Assembly (NCBI RefSeq): GCF_000711695.1 | Contig: NW_013547018.1 | Location: 186,001 to 250,000 of the forward strand | Length of the DNA: 64,000 bases | Reading direction: 5' to 3' | DNA from: Tilletiaria anomala UBC 951 | Taxonomy: Eukaryota | Part shown: piece by piece, positions 11,026 through 22,492 of the stretch | Position numbering within the stretch: position 1 is the stretch's first letter | How the letters are laid out: each line of letters begins with the position of its first letter | Made by a program: the position numbers and the translations under genes | The notes under the pieces: model-generated | What the model was told of the DNA's origin: nothing | Database searches by the model: none | What the model saw: the letters and a program-made list of their open reading frames with translations, nothing else

Positions 11026-12988
11026 CTACTTGACGCGTTCGACAATGTCCTCATTGAGCTTGATGAGTGCATCGCGCGCTTCGGTCTGCGGCAGGATGAG
11101 CAGGGCATCGGACGCCTTCTTTGCATGCGCGCGGGCGAGATCGGCGGTGCGCAGCAGGCCGTTGGACTTGGCGACGATTGCGAGTGCCTTGGCAGAAAAG
11201 CCCATCCAAGGGAGACAGTGAGCACGCAGAACAGTCTGTGCAGCAGATCACGCGACGAAAGTGTGGAAGGCCGCGACTCACCTTTTCTACATCGTCCGTT
11301 TCGGCAAATTTGCGCGCGACCATCTCTCCGAGCCCGCTGTCGGGGAACTGCTCCCACGCATACAGCACTGGTGCAGTGGCCAGCCCGAGACGCAGGTCGG
11401 CGCCGCCGCTGGGCTTGCCGAAGGTGGCACTGGTGGCGCGGAAGTCAAGCAGGTCGTCGACGAGCTGGAAGGCGATACCGACGTTGCGCCCGTACGCGTA
11501 CGCCGCGTCGCGGATCTCCCGTGCGCGCTGCTGCGCGGCGGGCGGCAGGGACGCGCACGCTTCCGAGCCATTGCCGCCCAGGATCGCGGCAGCGCGCGCC
11601 GCTTTGCCGATGAGCGAGGCGGTCTTGAGGTACGTCTTCTGCAGATAGTGCTCGAATACTTCTGGCGTCGGCCCGCGTGATGCCTCTGACGGCCCTGGCG
11701 TCGCGGAGATGGCGCCCTCCCAGAACGTGCTGAATGCGCTCTTGCGCGGTTTGGCCGCTCCCTCCTGTTGCTGCAGCGCCTGTGCGCGCAGCTGCATCAC
11801 CTCGCCCTCGACCAGGTTGGCAATGACGGTCGCGACGAGCTCCACGACCTCGTTGTTGCGCAGGCGCGCGAGCGCGACGGAGGCCCTGCCGAGCAGGAAA
11901 TCGCCGCCGAGGATAGAGAGCTTGTTTCCGAACGCAGCGGGCGCGCTCAGCGCGCCGCGGCGCAGGGACGAATCATCGATGACGTCGTCGTGCAAGAGCG
12001 ACGCTACATGGATCATCTCGGTGATCTCGGCGAGGCGCCGCTGTGTCGGCAGGATCAGTTGGCCACCGATGGACGGGATGCACGCGAGGGCCGACGCGCC
12101 TTGCTGAAGGAGGCTAGGCGCGGGTGCATGTGCATGTGTGTGTGTGTGCGATGCGGACGAGGGAGACTCAATCCCTTCTACATCTGGATTAAAGTCGTTC
12201 AGCACTTCACGTGGGCTCAGAGGCTCGTCGACGTCCAGTCCTCCTGATGCTGCCGTTACCGCTCCTGCACCATGCTGTCCGCCGATGCGATGCCCAGGGT
12301 CGATATACCCGGCGCCCTGGACAAGCTGGTCCCAGAGCGGTGAGAGCCCGTTGGTCGCACGCGCCATCAGCAGCACGATCAGCGGCCGGACATGTTTGCC
12401 CTCTGCCTGGAAGTAGTACTTTGCAATCGTGTCAAGCGAGGGGTGGCCTGAGCCGAGGAGCGAAGAGACGTTCTTGCGCAGAGAGGAGAGCTCTGCGCCG
12501 ACGATTTCTAGTGGATCGCGGATAATGGCGGTGGACGAAGTGCTCCTCTCAGGACAACTGCTTCTGCTTGGCTGTGGCGATGATGACGACGTTGCTGTTG
12601 GATCTGCCGCTCGCGCTTTGCCTGCTGCCTTGAGTGATGCAGAATGCGAAGGAATGGACGCGGCGCCTTCATCCGTCGTCGGCAATATCGTATTGAGGGC
12701 AGCACCCGGCACTGCTGGTGGCGCAGAGGCGGATCGCACGGCGTGTATCCCGGCCTCGGCAACGAGGTTCTTCGCGTGGCTGAGCGCTTGTGCCCAGGCG
12801 CTCTGTTTCCTTCGGAACGTGATAATGTGCGCCGACGAGCACGCGGCTTTCGAGCATTCCCCCGCTGCAGAGCCGCTGGACGTCGATGCGACGAGGGAAC
12901 GTCGCGAGCTCGGTCCAAGGATGGCGGCGGCGGATGGGGAAGACCGCGATGCAGCGGCGGCGTGCCGCAGCGCGTGTGTGCAGCTCAT
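11026..12988 (-). CDS. COQ1: Mitochondrial trans-polyprenyl diphosphate synthase (ubiquinone side chain)
   Basis: GKHVRP, EMIHVASLLHDDVID (first Asp-rich motif), GNKLSILGGDFLL, YLQKTYLKTASL, GIAFQLVDDLLD (second Asp-rich motif), DLRLGLATAPVL. Intron 11281-11188 leads to last exon ALAIVAKSNG...IVERVK*. Start placed at MSCTHALRH (presequence-like); an in-frame ATG also exists at 13258. Confidence 0.92.
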
Positions 12989-13508
12989 GCTGAACAAGAG
13001 ACGGAAGGGCTTTGCGTCTGCCGAAGGGAGCTGCGCGAGTAGTTGGTTATGGGGCCATGGTGCAGCGCCGTCGTGTGCAGTCTTTTCACCACACAGCGTA
13101 TCCTGGTTCCAGCCAGATGGAACAGGAGATAATTCTGCCTGCGACAGTCTTCTTATGCGCATCTCGTCGGCGTCTTTCTTTTCTCTCTCCCACTTTGTCA
13201 GCCGTCGAGTGGTTTCCCGGAAGCACCCATAAGGGAGAGGAGGAGAAGATGCCGACATTACGTAAGGAGCTCAACTGAAAGAAGAAGAGGCCGACTCAGA
13301 GGAGTCGGTTGGGTTTTTGAATGCCGATATCCCCCTTTCGTTCCCCCCCCCCTGTGGAGACGTATGAGTGCTTCTGCTTCTTGACAACTCACCCTATATA
13401 CACGTGCATCGAGCATTTCGGACTCGATTCCTTCTCCCGCAGCCCATCTCGTCGACTTGGCTTGCAAGTTGCCTGTCTTTTGACCGCCGCCCGTCGAGGA
13501 ACAGGACA

Positions 13509-15394
13509 ATGGCAAGCATGGCGCAGCACACCACCGCCGCCACCGAGTTTATCTGGCCGCACGACGCCGACACCGTGCAGGTCACCGGCGACTGGGACAA
13601 CTGGTCCTCGCGGCACGACCTGACGCATCGCCCGGGAGCAGGGTGGCACACGACCATCAACCTTCCAGCGTCGACCAAGGTGCACTTCAAGTATGTCATT
13701 AATGGCGACCAATGGCTCACGCGCAACGACCACCCCACCGAGTCGGATGCAAGCGGCAATGTCAACAACTGGCTTGAGACCAGCAAAGCAGTCGTAGCCC
13801 TTACTCCCACTCCACCTGCAACATCAGTTACTGCTGAATCCACAGTGGACCAGTCGCAGCCTCGCCATGAAGAAATCGCCAAGTTCGCGCTGACCGATGA
13901 ACCCGCCGACGAAGGCAAGCGCAGCATCGTGGCCGCTGCGACCCACGGCCTGCAGGCGTCCAGCCAGGTTGATCCGGCGCAAGCCACCAGCGGCCAAGAG
14001 GGCAAGAAGGATGTCCAGGACAAGTTGAGGCAAGATGCTGGCGCGTCGCAGTCCACTGGTGAGTTGACGTAACTGCACGCATGTGATCAGGGAATGTAAG
14101 CTAACATCTGTTCGCCATAAACCCAGCCGGAGGCATCATCACCAGCATGACGACTGCAGTAGACGCCGCGTTGGCCTCTGCCACCACTTCCGCCCCGGCC
14201 ACTGCTGTTGCTGACATTGTTACCGACGCCGCTGTGACCAATGCTTCGGGCGCCTCCTCGCAGCCTGAGAGTGCAGCCCCTCATAAGGACGCTATGCCAC
14301 TTACGGGCAACGCAGCCGCCTTGGAGCGAAAAGAGCCCTTCTCTTCCGACATCACTTCCGTCGGGCTGACACGCAGCAACAGCAAGGCGTCTGTGTTGGC
14401 TAAAATCGATACCAACAAGGGCGGCGCGCTCTTCCAGAGGGCCATGGCTGACGTGGCGATGCAGAAGGATCCATCGCCCGCTGATGCGGGCAAGACTTTC
14501 GTCGCGGGTGCTGCGGCGAAAGAAAGCCAGTCGCCCAGCACGGTTGCACCGACGCAGCCGACGAGCCAGGGGGACAAGAGCATGGTTGCGGCCACGGGTG
14601 GTGCTGGTGGAGGAGCAGCAGCTCCGGGAGCGCATGCAGGAAGGGTGGGCGGTCCCAAGAGGGCAGCAAGCATTCGGAGCAACAGGAGCACAAGTAGCCA
14701 AAAAGGCAAGGCTGGTACTGTAGCAACGACCAATGGCGGCGCTTCCTCTCAACAACAGCAGCAGCAAGCGGCAAAAGTGCAACCGCATGCGCAGGCGCCG
14801 CCACCCCGCAACGCATCGCGGCCGCAGCAGCTTGTATCTGCCGGAAATGCGCCAGCGGTGCAGGTAAGAAAGAGCAGCGACAGCAGCCGCGTGCGGCGAA
14901 GCCATGAGCGCACCAACTCTGCTGCTGTTGCCAGCGCTGCGAACGCACGTGCTGGCGCGGGTGTTGCTGCGGGTGTTGGTGGTGCTGGTGCGCAGGCCCA
15001 GCGGACGAACAGCATCAGCAAGAAGCGGAACAGCAACGCCAGCGGCGCCGCGGCCACGCTAGGGCGCAGCGCCGGCGCTTCCACGAGCAGCTACGGCAGC
15101 GGTCACGAGGAATCGTCGGCGAGGAGTAGCACGGTGGGTGTGCAGGCCGGCAAGCGCGCTAGCCGCTTCGGCACGCCCAACAGCTCCACTTCTTCTCCTT
15201 CTGCGAAGAGCTCTGCCGCAACAGCAGAGTTCGGCGCATTGGCGACGCAGGCGCCGAGCACGCCGCCGCGCGGGCGCAAGCAGAGCCTTTTCAGCAAGAT
15301 TAAGGACGCCATCTCGCCCAAGACGACGCCCGAGAAGGCTGCGGTGGGTAGGGCCAGCAACCCGCCGACGCCGAGCAGGAACGGCCGGGCTTGA
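13509..15394 (+). CDS. CBM48 / AMPK-beta glycogen-binding-like domain protein with long low-complexity tail (Crp1/Mdg1-like)
   Basis: N-terminal FIWPHDADTVQVTGDWDNW...FKYVINGDQW...DASGNVNNWL is an E-set CBM48-like signature. Intron 14059-14126 joins in frame to the Ala/Ser-rich ORF ending RKQSLFSKIKDAISP...RA*. Confidence 0.75.
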
Positions 15395-16834
15395 GCTGTG
15401 CACTGTTCAAAAGGTGGCTGTCGCGCCCACGGCCGCTGGTGCGTGTGTGGAGGGAGAAAGGAACATTTTGTTTATTTGCGGAAAGGTCCCCGCCTTTGCG
15501 CCCACTCGACAGGCACCCTCTGGTACATATATCCGGCGTCGCTTTCGCCGCTGCACGACTTGTGCAGCCCGCCCTCCTCTCCGATCTCCTTACCTCACTT
15601 CTCGTCGACTCGGCCGTTTTTGCATGTCGAAGGCAGCACGCTCTCTGCTTTGGTTTACCTGCTCGCAACGCCCGCATCTGCTGGGACTGGGGCACTTGCT
15701 TCGTAAATTGGGGATAAGAGGGGAAAGATGTTGCACGGCGTGCGTGCGTGTTTACTTGGCTCGCCTAATTCCACAAATGGACGTGTCATGTATCGTCGCG
15801 TTCGCATGTCAGCGTCACCTCTATGCGTTCTGGATGCGCGCGTGCAAGCAAGCGAGCCCTGTTTGTACGCATTTCGCCATCCTGGTCACCCAGCTGCGGC
15901 CGAGTGTGGACTGGCTGGCTGCCAGATGAGCCACAAATGTACAGGTAGACCATGCGTCGACGCACGCGGCGGCGCACTGAGCAAGGGGTCCTTGACAGGA
16001 CCGAGATGGACGGGCATAGTACGGCATGGCGTGGGGGCACGTCGAGCAAGCAACGTACCGTGTGGCGATTCGACGTTTTGTGTACGAGCGTCTCTGCCTT
16101 GTGCATCATCTATCAGCCATGCATGCAACGAAGGCACGTCGCGGTCGGCGGTCGCTGCCGCTAAGCACACCTCTCGGCGCTCGTAAACGCATCTCCAAGC
16201 TGTCAACCGTGTGTATGCTCCACTTGTGCTGGCAGTCCGTCCTCACCGCTGTCATAGTCCCCGTCTGTCTTTCTGGGTTGAGCATATGCCCAAGGCATTT
16301 GGAGCGCTTTTGGACATGTTGGTGACGAGACCTTCCTATGCAGGTTTGTTGCTGGCTTGCCTCGCAACAGCAGCGTGGAGTAGAGAGCGTCGGCGGGGAT
16401 GCCGAGTGCAGGCTGGGTTGCCCCTGTCTCACCAAGCCGAGGCTGAACGGACTTTGCAATGAGACGGCGGCACAGTCAAAGGTATGCAGAGGCTGTCTCA
16501 CACATTGTGCGAATGCCCCAGCGGGCTGACCCGCCATCTCGAGGCATGTGTCGCACTCTCAGCATCCCCATATGGATGGATGTTCACCGCCCGCAACTAT
16601 CCACCGATCTATCCAACCATTTACTCCGCCGCCGACGCCAGTGCACTACACACACACCAGGTATTGCTGCTGAGCAGATCCATCGAGCACCGTTGCTGAC
16701 TGCATCGAGCTGGTCTAGACCCCAGAAAGCCTCGCAGCGGCGAAACAAGAACGGGGTGCGACAGGCGCACAAGCGGAGCGCGCAGCGCGTATTCATTCAT
16801 TCGTTCCATCTGTCCCTCTGTCATTGACAAAACC

Positions 16835-19423
16835 ATGTCGCGCCTATCGGCATCTCACGACCTCACAGCTGCTGCTTCTGCTATGCACAGTGGCAGCATC
16901 CGTCCGTCGATCGACGCCGAGACGACCGATTTCTACGATGGCCCGGAAGGTGGGTGCCGATGCTGTGATGTGCTGAGACCGCCAGTGGCTGTGGTGTCCC
17001 CTCTTCCCCTCTGTGTCAACGAGCAGCCAGTCAGCGTGTTGTTGTTTGCTTTGCTAGCCCTGGCTCGCTAATAAGCAGTCCCGTCGCTCTCGGCTCTCGC
17101 TCTCTCTCCCGCGAAGAGCCCGCATGCCAAGGCGCCAGGGCGCGGCAGCGCTAAAACATAATAAAAAACTAGACAAGCGTGGCGCCTTGGCATTGATGAT
17201 GGAAAGCGGACAGCGCTTTTTGGCTACTGGGCCAGTCAGCGAGTAAACCCCAAACCCCACCCCTTGCCATCTACTTGATCACTGTTACAGACGTGGGCCG
17301 CCTACCATACCGAGCACTCGGGCCATAACCTCGCCATCGTTGGACTGACACTACACATCCTTCTCTCTCACACCACAATCCCTAGGTCTGCCCGCACCGC
17401 ACCGTCTCTCCTCGCGCTACTCGGGATCCCCCTACCCCGAGCCCCGCGCCAGCTTTGACAGGCCATTGCAAGGACCGAGCTCAGGCAACAACACGTACGC
17501 CGACCCGTTCATCGCTAGCAGCAGCAGCAGCAACATCAACAACATTGGCGCGTCTGCGTCTTCCATTCCTCTTCATCGCTTGAGCGCAGACCAGCGATCA
17601 CCATCAGCAGCAGCGTTGGAGAGTGCACCGTCCGACCCTTTCCTCAGCGGTCAGAGCCCGCATTCTAGCTTTGACCAGCTACGGCGCAGCAGCATGGGCT
17701 ACTATCCACAGAACGACCCCGCGGGCCTCTACCCGCCGAGTCCGTCCGGCCACCACTACGCCAATGGCGCCGGCACGTCCTCGCCCGCTCCGGGATCGCT
17801 CTACAACTACGGCTACGGCCAGCATGCCCTGCCGTACGGGGGCAGCCCACTGGCAACCCCAACGGCCCCCGGCTCCAGCGTGGAGGACTTTTCGTACCGC
17901 AACGAGGCCGACACGTGGGGCGTACCGCAGTCTTCGTCATCCGGCTCGCTCGCGCGAGAACGCTACCTCGCGCGCAAGGAGGCACAGGCGGCCGCTGCCA
18001 GCGAGAAAGCCGGTTTATTCGGTGGCGGCGCCAAGGAGGGCGACGACTACGGCGATCACAGTTACAGCTACGGTGCCCTTGGCGGGAAACGGGGCGGCGG
18101 TTCCAGGCGCAAGTGGTGGCTTATCGGCGGCGGCGTCGTTCTGCTCGCTATCGTCGGCGTCGTCATCGGCATTGTCGTGTCGCGCAAGATCAGCAACAGT
18201 GCAAGCTCCAACGCCGGCGTCGAAGGTGTCGTCAAGCAAGCCGGCAGCGACCCGTCCAATTTTGAAAAGGACAGTCGGCTGCACAACTCATTCTTTGGCA
18301 TGTGCTACACGCCACTCAACTCGCAATATCCCGCCTGCGGCGACACGCTCGACGCGGTCATCGAGGACGTGCAGCTGCTGAGCCAACTGACGACGCGCTT
18401 GCGGCTGTACGGCGCCGACTGCAACGTGACGGCGCTGACGCTCGAGGCGATCCAGCGCACCAAGACCAACCTGACCATCTTCCCCGCCATCTGGATCAAC
18501 GGCGACGACACGATCTACTCGCGTGGCGCCGACGCGATCATCAGTGCGCTGCAGACCTACGGCACGGACCACGTTGCGGGAATCTCGGTCGGCAACGAGT
18601 ACATGCTCAACGGCGGCAACCTCACCTATCTCGGCGCCAAGATCGCAGACATGCGCTCGCGCATCGCCGCCCTGGGCCTAGGAAAGCCCATCCCCGTTGG
18701 CACGGCCGACGCTGGCAGCAAGATCACCGAGGCACTCGCGGCGACATGCGACTACGTCATGTCCAATGTCCATCCCTGGTTCGGTGGCGTCCCCGTCGAC
18801 CAAGCTGCCGGTGCGTCCCGTTCTATAACGTCCCTAAGCCTCCTCACGATCACGCTGTGACGTGCTGTGCTGACGCCGCTGCACCCCTTCCCCTCCTGCC
18901 ATTTCCCTTTGAATGTGTGCTCTACCCAAAAAGGCTGGACATGGGACTACTTTAACACGAACACACCGGCCGTAGCGCTGAGCACGCCGAACAAGCCGGC
19001 CGTGTACATTGCCGAGACCGGCTGGCCGACCGGCGCGAACGCGACGGCGTTCGAGACGTTCCAGGGCGCCATTGCTGGCGTCGACGAGCTCAACACTTTC
19101 CTCTCCACCTTTGTTTGCCAGGCCAATGCCAATGGAACCACCGCGTGAGTTGGCCTCGGGCGATCCGCAAGTGGCATAGTTCTGCACGCGTCTTCTTGTT
19201 TGGCTCTTGTCGCGAGGTATGGTGTGCGGAACCCGCGCTGACGTCTGTCTCTCTCTCCTTCTCTCTGTACCCTTCGGCGCACAGCGACACTTTCTGGTTC
19301 GAAGCATTTGACGAGCCGTGGAAGGACCCGTTGTACGGCGGCGTCGAGGCGCACTGGGGCCTGTTCAACTCGAACAAAACGCTCAAGAGCGGCGTCGTCA
19401 TTCCTAACTGCGCGCACTCCTGA
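16835..19423 (+). CDS. Membrane-anchored glycoside hydrolase family 17 beta-1,3-glucanase/glucanosyltransferase (BtgC-like)
   Basis: Single TM (KWWLIGGGVVLLAIVGVVIGIVV) followed by GH17 motifs: GMCYTP, RLRLYGADC, ISVGNE, MSNVHPWF, YIAETGWPT, FWFEAFDEPWK, EAHWGLF. Exons 16835-16949, 17386-18810, 18934-19144 and 19285-19423. The first exon is inferred from phase compatibility. Confidence 0.88.
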
Positions 19424-20006
19424 GCGCCCATAGCCACCCCTTTCCATCTTTCGCTGTACGAGGAAGTAGCTCTGCGTTTGCACCTCCCCACTCCCCTTTC
19501 GTACTTTGCTGCTCAATCGATGGTCACTTTCCACACGGCCGGCTTGCGGCGCTTTCTCGTCTGCTCCACCTCAGTCGGGAACGTCTGGGCCACCGCTGGC
19601 TACACCTGGACGGCGCGGCCCAACTACTCGACTTCCCCGACGATAGCCAGCTAGTCCGCATGCCTCGCAAACGTTCCACACCCCTTTCCTCCTGGTGAGG
19701 GCATCACGGCAGGGTGGGACACGGACACTCACAACCATCGACACTACTCTTTTCGCGCCCTTGCGCTACTCCGCCGCGATATCGCCCTTTGAAATATCAC
19801 TCCGCCTTCTGTGCACGGACATTGTACGCTTTAATGCATGTACTGTAGTAATGATCACGTCTGGCAATAACTTTTCGTGGGCTCTTTGCCGGTATGGCGT
19901 AAGAAAGCATGGTTTGCAGGCGTCCGTGTAAGATGTCTTCAACAATTGGGCGGTCTATGATATGCTTGCACAGCTCACTGGCATTCACTTGAGATTCTCT
20001 AAATTT

Positions 20007-22054
20007 CTAGTTTATCCCCGTATCCGCCTCAGCCTCTGCGCCGGCGTCTTGCTCGTCCAGCAGAAAGCCCGAGTGGTCGCCGGCCAGATCAGCGATGGGC
20101 GCCGCGCTCTCATTGCTTGTCGCGCTTTCGGTCGCCGCGTCGCCGCCCGCAAGCGCATAGACCGAGGCCCCTCCTGCGCTTGCGCCCCATTGCGAGGGCA
20201 CAGCTCCGCCACTGCCGTCCTTTACCACGGGGACAACGAAAGTCTCCACTGCAGAGCAGACGCCCCAGTTAGCATCTACGCACGCATCAGCCTCTCGCCC
20301 TATTCCATTTTGTCGCCTGTCTGCTCGGTGAGGCAGTTGCCAATGCCGATCGACACAGGACAGCGCGTACAAATAATGGCTGTACCAAGTCGGGTGCGTG
20401 CGCTCCACCACGCACCCGTGCGTTTGCGTCGCCTGCCTTGCGGCTAGATAGGAGGAGCGTCGGAGCGTGATGACGTGCACGCGCAGCGGCTGTGCTCTTT
20501 CCTGATTGCCAATGGTCTCGCCGTCGCTGCGATCCAGGCTGTTATGCATGGGTCCTGGCCCGCGCAGGGAGCCCAAGCGCAGAGCAGCCGCCTGCCCAGG
20601 CAGGGAGCCAACATGTCCAGCATACTCACTCTCCTCGTGCCCGATCAGCTGCAGCTCGCGGAGACGTGCACAGACGTTCACGAGGACTTGCAACACGGTG
20701 GAGCGGCCCGCAGCGTCACGCAGGAGCAGATGTCCATGGCGACGCGAGCGCTTCACCTCGGCTTCTATTTCGGCTTGCTCAATAGTGCTCCCGGAGAAAT
20801 GCTGTTGGGTCCATGATGGCTGATCTGCCGTCGCATCCACAGGAAAGAAGCGAGGGAGAATTATCGCCAGATGTGTGAGTGCCGGCAAGTCTCCGAGCGA
20901 GTGTGCTGTGCGCGTCGTGAACCGCATGCGGGGGCCATGGAGTTGCAGGTGGGTCAACCTGGACCAGGCGCTTGGCAGCGACTGGAACGGAGCGGGAGGC
21001 CTGACACTGGCCATCTCCCACAGGCCTTCAAAGGCATCACCGTTGCCCCAGAGACTAAGCATGCACACAAGCTCTTTCAGATTTGCTCGGAGCTGCACGA
21101 GTACCCTCTGTCTAGTTTGGTGGGCTGGCGCAGTGCCCTTGACCTCACAGAGAACGCTCGGTGGACCCTGAAGTACCAGGGTCTCGAGCGCGGCACCGCG
21201 CGCATCGTCGGCGGCAAAAAGGAGATGTAGCGGTAGGGTGTCTTCATGGAGGAGAGAGCGCTCAAACGCCCTCGTCGCACCGACATTGTCGTACAAACTG
21301 GTTTTGGAGGCTTGCGCTCGAACCGAGACGCAGAATGGCGAGCGGTTCTGCAGCAGGCGCAATGTGCGTACGCACGTGCGAGCCAAGTGGAGTGACTCGC
21401 CGCTGCCGCCCCTTCTTTCGTATGGTCCAAAGCCGTTGGGAGACGCGGCCCTTGCGCTGTAACGCGTGAGGAACCGCGTGAAAGAGCGCATTTGAGACAT
21501 ACCGCTGAGTGTCAGTTCAGAAAGCAGAGCGGATAGGACCTCTGTGCGCGCAGAACGTTCGACTAATGCAACGTCCAAGATAATATCCGACCGCGAGCCG
21601 CTTGTCGCGGTGCTACCTTGCGTATGGTTCTCGTCGGTATGGTCCTCCGTGGTGCGCAAGAGCATCGCAACAGTCATTCCGTAGATGTGACGACGCAGTT
21701 CGATTGGAAGACGCGGTTTTACGGTCAAGCCGAGCGAGTGAGTCCGGGTCCGGGTGCGCACGCGAGCGGGATGAGGGAGAGGAGACAGACCGTGACCGTG
21801 ACCGTGGCCACCGCCGATCACCTTCGATCGAAAGCGGAATGAATGCACTCCGACGGTCAGCAACAAGCAAGAGCTTTGATGCTAGCCTTTTAAGGCCCTT
21901 GTTTTGCCAAGAGGCTCACCTCGATATGCTGAACACGACATGACCTGGTAGCACTGCTGGAAAGACCTGGGCGTGACGTCTCGCCTGGCCGATGGGCCAC
22001 TGTGGCGGCGCCGCCCGCGTCGGCGGAGGGTCTAGACGAGTTTGTATTTCCCAT
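20007..22054 (-). CDS. Uncharacterised protein with N-myristoylation-like start, F-box-like motif and LRR-like segments
   Basis: Exon 22054-21920 (MGNTNSSRP...QHIE) splices in frame via intron 21919-21822 (GTGAGC..GCTGAC..AAG) to the 600-aa ORF. It contains RLPIELRRHIY (F-box-like LPxEL..I) and LTHLQL / LPALTHLAI / LRELQLI. Confidence 0.6.
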
Positions 22055-22492
22055 CTCTATCGCACGCTGCTGGTATCTGGGCAGCGCCACCCCATGCAGC
22101 TATGGTGTATGCAGCTTGCACGTGGAATGCTCAGTTGCGAACAGATGAGCGTCGCATTCGGAATCGGGACGAGCGAAAGCATTCAAGGTAGCTGTCAAGG
22201 GCGTTGAGGAGGGGACGGTGTGTGTGGGGCGCTCCAAGACCTTTCAACCCAGGGGGTAAAATAGGGTTGCGCCCCTGTGATCACCCTGCTCTCTCTCGCG
22301 AGCACGCGCGTCGCATAGATACAAACGATTGCAGGGGGGAACCGCGTGTCGCATGTAATTTGTAACTTGATTGGAGCATGCTTGCTATCTTTCGCGCCAG
22401 ACGAGCGATTTTCATCAAGCCAAGGCTATTGAATGCTCCTTTTTGTTAAAACAGTAGCTTCATAGAAGTTCTAAGACAAAGGCTCTCAGACC

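Noticed and set aside
12125..12150. (TG)n/TGCATG microsatellite in COQ1
   Set aside because: Short in-frame repeat encoding HTHTHAHA in a variable loop; ordinary.
11121..13232. Long antisense and alternate-frame ORFs over COQ1 (and similarly over HSP104, SWD1, LtrA and GAD)
   Set aside because: Shadow ORFs expected from high GC3 codon usage on the coding strand; no recognisable domains.
17194..17348. Possible C/D snoRNA in the GH17 intron (TGATGA ... CTGA)
   Set aside because: The CTGA is the intron branch site (ACTGAC), there is no terminal stem, and no guide was recognisable.
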